From the NCBI GenBank assembly GCA_002633115.1, contig NWBJ01000030.1, forward strand, positions 773 through 64,772: DNA of 64,000 nucleotides, in the 5' to 3' direction. A program made the position numbers and the translations under genes. The stretch comes from Muribaculaceae bacterium Zag1. Lineage in GTDB: Bacteria; Bacteroidota; Bacteroidia; Bacteroidales; Muribaculaceae. The notes beneath the pieces are model-generated. The model had not been told where the DNA came from. It searched no databases and saw only the letters and a program-made list of their open reading frames with translations. The first letter of the stretch is position 1. Every line of letters starts with the position of its first letter. This document shows positions 29,752 through 37,457 of this stretch, one piece after another.

Positions 29752-31683
29752 TTAGGCATCGATGTTGGCGTAGTTGGCGTTAGCCTCGATGAAATCGCGG
29801 CGCGGGCCCACGTCCTCGCCCATCAGCATCGAGAAGATGCGGTCGGCCTCGGCGGCGTCGCTGATTGTCACCTGCTTGAGCATGCGGTGCTCTGGATCCA
29901 TTGTGGTGTCCTTGAGCTCGCGGTCGCTCATCTCGCCAAGACCCTTGTACCGCTGCACCGTGGTGCCTTGGCCATTGCGCATTATGAAATTTTGCACCTG
30001 TTGGTCGGTCCAGCAATACTCTTCGGCCTTGCCGCGCTTGCATTTGTAGAGCGGCGGGGTGGCGAGATAGAGATAGCCGTTTTCGATGATCGGCCTCATG
30101 CGACGGAAGAAGAAAGTCATGAGCAATGTGGCGATGTGGGCGCCGTCGACATCGGCATCGGTCATGATTATGATCTTGTGGTAAGCCAGCTTGCTGAGGT
30201 TGGCCTCCTTGGGATCCTCCTCTGTACCTATAGTAACACGCAAAGCGCGGAAAAGGTTGGAAATCTCCTCATTGTCGAGGATTTTGTGCTCCATAGCCTT
30301 CTCAACATTCAGGATTTTGCCGCGCAATGGCAAGATGGCCTGGAATGTGCGGTTGCGAGCCTGCTTGGCTGTTCCTCCTGCCGAGTCACCCTCGACGATG
30401 AAGAGTTCGCAATCCTCGGCCGTTCGGCTTGAGCAGTCGGCGAGTTTGCCGGGCAGACCGCCGCCGCTGAGCGGCGACTTGCGCAGCACTTGCTTGCGGG
30501 CATTGTAAGCTGCGTGGCGAGCCTGAGCTGCCAGGATTACCTTCTCAACGATGGTCTTGGCTTGCTTGGGGTGCTCCTCTAGATAGGTGCCGAGGGCATC
30601 GCTCACGGCTGTTTGCACAGCGCCGATCACCTCGTTGTTGCCCAGCTTTGTCTTGGTCTGGCCCTCAAACTGAGGCTCCATCACCTTGACCGATACCACG
30701 GCGGTGAGGCCCTCGCGGAAGTCATCGCTGGCAATCTCGACCTTGGCGTTCTTGAGCAGGTTGTTGTCTTCGGCGTACTTCTTAAGGGTAGAAGTCAGGC
30801 CGCGACGGAAACCGGTCAGATGGGTACCGCCCTCAATAGTGTTGATATTGTTGACGAATGAGTAGACATTCTCATTGTAAGTGCTGTTGTATGTCAGAGC
30901 CACCTCGACGGGGATGCCTTGGCGCTCGGTGTCGAGATGGATCACATCGTCGATCAGGGGCTCCTTGCTCGAATCAATATAGCGCACAAATTCGCTCAAG
31001 CCCTCGCTCGAGTAGAAGGTCTCAGTCTTGGGATTGCCCTCGGCATCGATCTCGCGCATGTCGGTGAGGGTAAGGGTGATGCCGGCATTGAGGTATGCCA
31101 GGTCGCGCAGACGGTTGGCCAGTGTCGAATAGTCGTAGACTGTCACAATGAAAATGCTCTCATCGGGCTTAAAGGTGATGCTGGTGCCAGTGCGCTCGCT
31201 CTCGCCGATCACCTTGAGCTCTGAGGTGGGCTTGCCGCAAGAGAACTCTTGCATGTAAGCCTTGCCGTCGCGGTGCACCTCGGCGCGCAGGTAGGTCGAG
31301 AGAGCGTTGACGCAAGATACGCCCACGCCGTGCAGACCACCCGACACCTTGTACGAGCCCTTGTCGAATTTGCCACCGGCGTGCAACACAGTCAGAACCA
31401 CCTCGAGAGCGCTCTTGTGCTCCTTTTCGTGCATGTCGACTGGGATGCCGCGGCCGTCATCGACCACGGTGATTGAGTTGTCATTGTTGATTGTGACGAA
31501 AATATGTTTTGCATAGCCGGCAAGCGCCTCATCTATTGAGTTGTCAACAACCTCGTACACCAAGTGGTGCAAACCTTTTTCTGAGATGTCGCCGATGTAC
31601 ATAGCCGGACGTTTCCGCACAGCCTCCAGGCCTTCGAGCACCTGGATATTTTCTGCGGTATAGTCCTCTCTTCTTTCTGCCAT
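29752..31683 (-). CDS. gyrB: DNA gyrase subunit B
   Basis: EAVRKRPAMYIG, SGGLHGVG, VEGDSAGG, MTDADVDG, QRYKGLGEM; start at MAERR because the promoter lies inside the longer ORF. Confidence 0.95.
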   Translation of the reverse strand: MAERREDYTAENIQVLEGLEAVRKRPAMYIGDISEKGLHHLVYEVVDNSIDEALAGYAKHIFVTINNDNSITVVDDGRGIPVDMHEKEHKSALEVVLTVLHAGGKFDKGSYKVSGGLHGVGVSCVNALSTYLRAEVHRDGKAYMQEFSCGKPTSELKVIGESERTGTSITFKPDESIFIVTVYDYSTLANRLRDLAYLNAGITLTLTDMREIDAEGNPKTETFYSSEGLSEFVRYIDSSKEPLIDDVIHLDTERQGIPVEVALTYNSTYNENVYSFVNNINTIEGGTHLTGFRRGLTSTLKKYAEDNNLLKNAKVEIASDDFREGLTAVVSVKVMEPQFEGQTKTKLGNNEVIGAVQTAVSDALGTYLEEHPKQAKTIVEKVILAAQARHAAYNARKQVLRKSPLSGGGLPGKLADCSSRTAEDCELFIVEGDSAGGTAKQARNRTFQAILPLRGKILNVEKAMEHKILDNEEISNLFRALRVTIGTEEDPKEANLSKLAYHKIIIMTDADVDGAHIATLLMTFFFRRMRPIIENGYLYLATPPLYKCKRGKAEEYCWTDQQVQNFIMRNGQGTTVQRYKGLGEMSDRELKDTTMDPEHRMLKQVTISDAAEADRIFSMLMGEDVGPRRDFIEANANYANIDA

Positions 31684-31727
31684 ATTGAGTAATTCTGTAT
31701 TATATGTCCTATTGATTAAATAGCCTA

Positions 31728-31758
31728 CAAAGTTACGAATTTTCTCCGACATGACAAA
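31728..31758 (-). promoter_or_regulatory. gyrB sigma-A promoter TTTG-N19-TAACTTTG
   Basis: Minus strand: TTTG at 31755-31758, TAACTTTG at 31728-31735, 19-nt spacer. Confidence 0.8.
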
Positions 31759-31763
31759 ATAAA

Positions 31764-31781
31764 TGTAACAGCGCTGTTACA
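31764..31781. promoter_or_regulatory. Perfect 18-bp palindrome TGTAACAGCGCTGTTACA (candidate operator)
   Basis: Exact self-complement, 5 nt upstream of the gyrB -33 box. Confidence 0.55.
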
Positions 31782-31783
31782 AC

Positions 31784-31815
31784 AAAAAAAGCGTCTCAGC
31801 CGGGGGCTGGGGCGC
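31784..31815 (-). terminator. Terminator of the psd-like gene
   Basis: GCGTCTCAGCC/GGCTGGGGCGC stem with an A7 run (U tail on the minus strand). Confidence 0.75.
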
Positions 31816-31842
31816 CTTTAATGAGTTCTCAACGGAGAGAGG

Positions 31843-33030
31843 TTATTTCTGTGCGAATTGCACTGCTGGATAGATGTAAGGTGCTGGCATCATCACTGGG
31901 TGAGCCTTTGCCACCTGTGTACCTACCTTGTAGTGTATACCGGGTTGAGCGGTGAAGGTGACGTTGCTCTGCTGCTGGAAGACGGTGACGATATCTGAGC
32001 CACCGAACTGGAAGTAGCTGATCTCCTCGCCCTTGCGCAGGGTACGACCGACTTCGGCCGTTGTGATAATCGAGGATACCTGGGCCATACCCATAGGACA
32101 TACAGCAACCAGACCAATCGAGCTGGCGATCACAACCAAGCCACGAGCCTGCTGGAACTGATATCCAGGAGTATCAGGAATATCAAACTTACGTTTGATG
32201 ACAATGTGCTGCTTGCCTTCGGGGTCGCCGGCGATAGGCTCGGCCTCAACTTGCAGGTAAACGCAGCCCTGAATCATACGCGATTCCAATACCAAACCGC
32301 CTACAGGGGCGTGCTGACGGTGATAGTCAGTGGTGTTAAGGAATGAGTGGGTGAACTGACCGCCCATGAAGCAGTCTTTGTAAGGTGAGCCGTCGAGCAG
32401 CTCTTCGATCTTCCAGTGCAGACCCTTGATGGTCACGAACGAATCTGAGCGGATTTCCCACTGGCCGTCGAATGTCGAATCGGCATCAGCGGTAATCACT
32501 GTATCATCGAGGATATCGGCTATAGGACGGCAGCCCGGCTTGGTGCTACGAGCAAACATTTCGTTGAATGTCTTCCAGCCGCCTCTCGGCTCGATATACT
32601 CATTCATGTTGTAGATAGGAGATGCGAAGAATGTCTGCACTGACTCCTTGGTGATAGACTGAGGTTGATCCATCCATTCGCCGAGAGCGTCGACATATTT
32701 CTGCATCCATTTGCTCAGCACGGTCAGGGCCGGTTGCTGGTCGTGAGGAACTACAGCGTTTTGCAAGCTCTTGACAGGTTCCTGGTCAAGCAGGAAGTAG
32801 AATTCAGCCACATGCTGATATACGATGGTACCTTGGCGGTTTTCTACAGGCACCCAGCTAAGCTGGGCATTCAACCAATCGAAGTAGTCGTCGAGTGTTT
32901 TGATGGAATCGAACTCGACTACGTTCTGGGCCTTAGCATTCTTGAGGGCCTCTTCAAATTTCTCTTTCCAACCGTTTTGGTTGATAAGGTCTACGAGTTC
33001 TTGTACAATAGGCTTTAGTGTGCTTGCCAT
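31843..33030 (-). CDS. Pyruvoyl-dependent decarboxylase of the phosphatidylserine decarboxylase fold (long, soluble, PsiD-like architecture)
   Basis: WKTFNEMFAR, LNTTDYHRQHAPV, YFQFGGSD self-cleavage motif; start at MASTLK (33030) preferred. Confidence 0.8.
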   Translation of the reverse strand: MASTLKPIVQELVDLINQNGWKEKFEEALKNAKAQNVVEFDSIKTLDDYFDWLNAQLSWVPVENRQGTIVYQHVAEFYFLLDQEPVKSLQNAVVPHDQQPALTVLSKWMQKYVDALGEWMDQPQSITKESVQTFFASPIYNMNEYIEPRGGWKTFNEMFARSTKPGCRPIADILDDTVITADADSTFDGQWEIRSDSFVTIKGLHWKIEELLDGSPYKDCFMGGQFTHSFLNTTDYHRQHAPVGGLVLESRMIQGCVYLQVEAEPIAGDPEGKQHIVIKRKFDIPDTPGYQFQQARGLVVIASSIGLVAVCPMGMAQVSSIITTAEVGRTLRKGEEISYFQFGGSDIVTVFQQQSNVTFTAQPGIHYKVGTQVAKAHPVMMPAPYIYPAVQFAQK

Positions 33031-33161
33031 AATACTAGTGATGTTACATTTTAGTGATTCTACTTTTACCGGCCTCAGAAGTAGTCGAGCCATCGTAGTG
33101 TGTTTCAGCAGGTGACGCTGCTTTCATTCCCGGATTTGTAATTAGAACACTGCCGACAAAA

Positions 33162-33205
33162 AATCGTTCGTTGAGATTTGCGTACTTTAATCTTAACGAA
33201 CGATT
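33162..33205. promoter_or_regulatory. 17-bp inverted repeat with 10-nt spacer upstream of the psd-like gene
   Basis: AATCGTTCGTTGAGATT / AATCTTAACGAACGATT, 16/17 complementary. Confidence 0.5.
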
Positions 33206-33313
33206 CAATATCACTGTAAAGGATTATAAATCAATATATTTGTGTTTTTATCGGAATTTAAATTTAAACAATATTTCAACAAAATCAACTTATAATCACA
33301 CAATTTTTCCACC

Positions 33314-34081
33314 TCAGGCTGACAAAAAGCTGCGCAGCACAGCCCGGAATTGCACCGGATTGTCGAGAAAACTGTAATGTCCGCATCCCGGGAACGACAC
33401 CAAAGCCCCGCCCGGAATCAGTTTTTCCATCATCTTGGCATCGCGCAGCGGCGTGGCTGTGTCTTTCTCACCCCAAATCAGCAGGGTCGGTGCCGTAATC
33501 TGGGGCATTACTTTCTTCAGATCCTCGTTGACAACCTTTGAGAGTATGGCGCGCATCTTGGGCGTCGAGTTGGCATAGTCGCTCGATCCGCTCTTGCCAC
33601 GTCGGCGCTCAATCAATTCCTGGGCCTGCTTCTTGCCCAGCAAGATTGGAGCCAAAAATTTCAGCAGCTTGAAGGTGTACACCTTGTAATAATATTTGAG
33701 AGTGCGCTTGGGCTTGATGCCGGCCGCATCGACCAGGATTAGCTTGGATACCGGATTGCGCGATGAGTAGAGAATCCCCACTCTGCCGCCAAATGAATGG
33801 CCAAGCAGGATTGGATTTTCCACCCCTATCGCTTTGAGCCATTTCTCAACAAGCTGGGTGTATTCCTCCACTCCCCACACTCCATCCGGCTCAGGACTCT
33901 TGCCAAAACCAGGAAAGTCTATGTTGTAGACATGGCACAGGTCTTGCGCGGCATTCTCGATCGATGCCAAGGTGGTGGTATTGCATCCCCACCCGTGCAT
34001 CAGCACCAGAGGCGGTCGCTGCGGATCGCCAGATTCGGTGTAATGCACCTTCTGGCCATCTATATCTATAAATTTGTCCAT
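33314..34081 (-). CDS. Alpha/beta hydrolase
   Basis: MHGWG oxyanion motif, GHSFG nucleophile, WGEKD, GHYSF; TAATG coupling to the upstream gene. Confidence 0.9.
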   Translation of the reverse strand: MDKFIDIDGQKVHYTESGDPQRPPLVLMHGWGCNTTTLASIENAAQDLCHVYNIDFPGFGKSPEPDGVWGVEEYTQLVEKWLKAIGVENPILLGHSFGGRVGILYSSRNPVSKLILVDAAGIKPKRTLKYYYKVYTFKLLKFLAPILLGKKQAQELIERRRGKSGSSDYANSTPKMRAILSKVVNEDLKKVMPQITAPTLLIWGEKDTATPLRDAKMMEKLIPGGALVSFPGCGHYSFLDNPVQFRAVLRSFLSA

Positions 34082-35661
34082 TAGTAATCGTATAGGAGTT
34101 CGAAATCATCGAGATACAGCACGGCACCGTTGCCGCCAGTGAAATAGTCGCCGTATTTGCTGGCCGAGCCGGTCACTATAATATAGGTAGGCTTACGGTT
34201 TGTAGCCTTGTACTCAAGGGTAATCTCAAATGGCTCATAAGCCTCAATGTCGTGGCCGCTCTCAATCTTGCCATAAGCGACTACGTAATCGCCATCAGGG
34301 TCGAAAAGCGAACGGTTGTTGGGATTAGTGCGAATCTCAAACGGCTCGGCAGTATCGATCAGCGCGCACCAGATGATGCAAGTGTCGGGACGACCTTTCA
34401 GATCCTCAAATCCGGTGGTGGTGCTGCTGATAGCCGCAGTCGTGTACTTGTAATAACCGGCAAGCTTGGTGGGCCGCTCCTCAAATTCGCGGCCAAAGCT
34501 CAACACTCCGTTGGTGCCGTCGGTGCGCACGTAGTAGCCAGTGAAGATATTGCCAGCAGCCAACTTGCCAATCACGCCGATGCCCACAAATTTGGTCTCC
34601 AAGCGAGCGGCTTGGCCTGTGCCAGTCACTGTGTCATCGGTAGGCGTGGAGTTGCTTTGTCCCAGAGTGGTCGCGCCCTTGTTTCCGGTATCCCAGTAAC
34701 AAGTGCCGTCTTCGGCCCAAGGATTCCATACCTTGCCATCGAGCCACCAATTGTCAAAATCGCTATTGGGCATCTGCACGACCGACCCGGTAGTAAATTC
34801 AATCTCCTCGCCATAGTCGTCATCAGATACGGCGCGAGCCTCGTAGGTGGTGAGCGGAGTCAAGCCAACAAGTCGGGCATAGAAATCACCTCCATCGTGG
34901 GTCAGCCAACTATCGGGCACGGTCAGCCACTCGGTGTCGCCCTTGATGCGATACTGCACTGTGTTGGTCTTGCTGGCTTCGGCTTGGCCATATACCCAAG
35001 CGACCTTGGTCCAAGCATCGACCCTGACGGTCTCGACAGTGCTCTCGGTCTGGGTAATATAGATTGTCCATTGCTCATTGTGGCCATAGTTTGAGATATT
35101 GACCACAACGGGCGATGTAAAGTCAATGGTATGGCCAGCGAGCTCGGGTGTAGCGACTGAACTGGTCGGACCCAGTTTGCAAGTCTCGACAGTGACTGCG
35201 TCAAGCGACACGCGAGCCGCCACTGTTGCCACCACGCGGCGCCCAGGCACGTCAATCGTGGAGGTGCCGATCTGGCCCTCGACGGTGAAATAGCGTTCAA
35301 TGTCCTGCGAACTCACGATGCGCCACAGATATTCCTGGTACATCGACAGCACGACGAAATATGTCTCAGAGAGGTCAATCAGGGTGTCAGGGCTCAGCGA
35401 ACCCTCGACAATAGTGGTGTTGGGCGACAAGGCGAAGGAATCAATCTTCACCTCATATATATTGGCATCCTCGGGGAAATACAGCGTGGCCACACGGTTG
35501 GTGCTGTCGATTTGAGCCATGCGGCTTTGACCCTCGGCCGAGATATAAAGGATATTGGCCTGGATGCGCGGATATGGTATGTCATTCTTCAAACAGCTCG
35601 GCAAGAGGATTGCCCCAAGCGCCATTGCCGCTACGAAGATACGGGTTGCAAGTGTCTTCAT
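34081..35661 (-). CDS. PCMD-domain lipoprotein with an FN3-like module
   Basis: Lipobox LLPSC; GLTPLTTYEARA..EFTT; PNSDFDNW, WDTGNKG, GKLAAGNIFTG, RPTKLAGYYKY, LYLDDFEL. Confidence 0.75.
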   Translation of the reverse strand: MKTLATRIFVAAMALGAILLPSCLKNDIPYPRIQANILYISAEGQSRMAQIDSTNRVATLYFPEDANIYEVKIDSFALSPNTTIVEGSLSPDTLIDLSETYFVVLSMYQEYLWRIVSSQDIERYFTVEGQIGTSTIDVPGRRVVATVAARVSLDAVTVETCKLGPTSSVATPELAGHTIDFTSPVVVNISNYGHNEQWTIYITQTESTVETVRVDAWTKVAWVYGQAEASKTNTVQYRIKGDTEWLTVPDSWLTHDGGDFYARLVGLTPLTTYEARAVSDDDYGEEIEFTTGSVVQMPNSDFDNWWLDGKVWNPWAEDGTCYWDTGNKGATTLGQSNSTPTDDTVTGTGQAARLETKFVGIGVIGKLAAGNIFTGYYVRTDGTNGVLSFGREFEERPTKLAGYYKYTTAAISSTTTGFEDLKGRPDTCIIWCALIDTAEPFEIRTNPNNRSLFDPDGDYVVAYGKIESGHDIEAYEPFEITLEYKATNRKPTYIIVTGSASKYGDYFTGGNGAVLYLDDFELLYDY

Positions 35662-36518
35662 ATTACTATCAAAAGGCCAAAGTCGATATTGAAAATGTTG
35701 AATTTGAAATTGGCGCCGCTCGAGAATCTCGAACCCTCGTCAACCCCGTTTGTCTTTTGGTCCTCCTGGCGCATCTTGATGCCGAAGACGCCAAACGACA
35801 GGTTGAATGCCACATAGTCCTGAAGGAAAACGCAGATACCCGGGCTGAAATTTAGGCTCGCGGTACGGAACAGTGTGTGGGTGTCAAACAGCTCGCCATC
35901 ATAATAGCGCTTGAAGCGCGACGAACCGCTGCCAAATTCAAGCGACACCTCGTTGAAAACCGCAAATCTCTTGTCGCGATTCAGACCCACATAGTTGCGG
36001 TAGAATACGCCCAAGGTGTAGCTCTGTGAGTAGTAGCTGACATCGTGGAGGCTGAAATCTATGTCATCGTCAAAATCCATAGCCAGATTGGCCAGGTCGC
36101 CCACGCCGCGAGTGTAGTTTAGACGCATACCCACGGCTTGGTTGCTGCTAAAGAAATAAGAAATCGTAGGCTTGAGCGAATAGATCTTGCCATCAAAGTC
36201 GACATCCTTGAGGATTGAGAGCAATTGCACATCCTCGGTGTTGAGTTCGCCATACGAGGCGGTGAAACCAAATGCCCACTTGCCCTTAGGGATATACAGG
36301 TAATTAAACAGGCCACGATCATATCGACCCCAGTTGCGGTCGGGGATGGCGATTGGCACTGTATCCTTGCCTACCTTTACCATCTCGAGGTATTCGGCAG
36401 GTGTCTCGGTGATGAGCTTTTTCCTCACCACTGATGGAGCTTCCTCTTCTTGGCCGTAAACAGCCAAGCCGCTTAGGAGCAGAAGGCCCAGTAACACGAA
36501 TATAGTCGTTGTCTTCAT
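35658..36518 (-). CDS. Putative outer-membrane beta-barrel protein (paralog B)
   Basis: Signal peptide, alternating beta strands, C-terminal FNIDFGLLIVI. Confidence 0.65.
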   Translation of the reverse strand: MKTTTIFVLLGLLLLSGLAVYGQEEEAPSVVRKKLITETPAEYLEMVKVGKDTVPIAIPDRNWGRYDRGLFNYLYIPKGKWAFGFTASYGELNTEDVQLLSILKDVDFDGKIYSLKPTISYFFSSNQAVGMRLNYTRGVGDLANLAMDFDDDIDFSLHDVSYYSQSYTLGVFYRNYVGLNRDKRFAVFNEVSLEFGSGSSRFKRYYDGELFDTHTLFRTASLNFSPGICVFLQDYVAFNLSFGVFGIKMRQEDQKTNGVDEGSRFSSGANFKFNIFNIDFGLLIVI

Positions 36519-36531
36519 GCTTAGCTGTCAT

Positions 36532-37443
36532 TTATAGGTAGAACACCACGCCGAAAGTGATGCTGAATAAGTTAACTCTAAAATTAGCCGACTTGGTGTG
36601 CCGGTTGGCTATGTACACCTGGTCGGTGGTAGATTTGGTGTGCGAGTAATTGAAACCCAGCACACCGACATTGACCTCGATGGCTGAATAATTGTTGAGA
36701 AACATTATCATGCCCGGAGCCACGCCGACATTCAACGAGAATGTGCGCTCAAAGGTGCCAGTCAGGTCATCACCGGCGCCGTTGCACAACTTTGACTCGC
36801 CGCCTGAGAACTGGAGCTGCACCTCATTGAACATGCCAAACCTAGTGCTCGACCCGAAGCTGATGTAATTGCGAAAAGCAGCCATGGCCGAATAGGTGTG
36901 CGATATCGAGTAGAGATTGTCGACCTCATAGTCGGTCTCAGAATCGACCTTGACATCGGCATAGTCGAGGCGCGTGCGCTGGCGCGTATAGGCGAGCTTG
37001 CCACCGGCTGCCAGGTTGTCGGCAAAAGCGTAGAGCAGCATCGGGGTCACCTTGAATGTATAGGTGTCACCGTCAAGGCTCTCGACTATCAGGAATTGAT
37101 AATTCTTCTGATTCGACTGCGAATAGCTCACACTCACGCCAGTGATCCACTGCCCCTTGGGAATAAAAACGATTTGCTTTAATCCGCGAGAGAACTCTGG
37201 AATCTCAGGTGCCATAGGCAGCGTATCGACACCCGCCTCGATGACCACTATTGAGTCGGTGAGATTCTTGTTGACAAGCAATGAATCGGCAGGCGACTCG
37301 CTCTGCATAAGCATCTCCTCAACGCTGACCTCGTCGGGCAAGGTGTCAGAGAATACCCACAGGGAATCTGGCAAATCCTGTGCCGAGGCCGCTATGCTTA
37401 GCGCCGCCATTAGCAGCAATAGGTATGTCTTTCTGAATAACAT
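36532..37443 (-). CDS. Putative outer-membrane beta-barrel protein (paralog A)
   Basis: Signal peptide, alternating beta strands, C-terminal FSITFGVVFYL; shares IPKGxW and ANFxxNxF motifs with its neighbour. Confidence 0.65.
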   Translation of the reverse strand: MLFRKTYLLLLMAALSIAASAQDLPDSLWVFSDTLPDEVSVEEMLMQSESPADSLLVNKNLTDSIVVIEAGVDTLPMAPEIPEFSRGLKQIVFIPKGQWITGVSVSYSQSNQKNYQFLIVESLDGDTYTFKVTPMLLYAFADNLAAGGKLAYTRQRTRLDYADVKVDSETDYEVDNLYSISHTYSAMAAFRNYISFGSSTRFGMFNEVQLQFSGGESKLCNGAGDDLTGTFERTFSLNVGVAPGMIMFLNNYSAIEVNVGVLGFNYSHTKSTTDQVYIANRHTKSANFRVNLFSITFGVVFYL

Positions 37444-37457
37444 CTTTATCGTTTTCT

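Noticed and set aside
33171-33377. 68-aa plus-strand ORF
   Set aside because: AT-rich intergenic sequence with a non-ATG start and no recognisable motif
34252-35094. Long antisense ORFs (for example 280 aa here, 281 aa at 10723, 259 aa at 27381, 246 aa at 60619)
   Set aside because: Fully opposite well-supported genes; typical shadows of codon bias with no independent motifs
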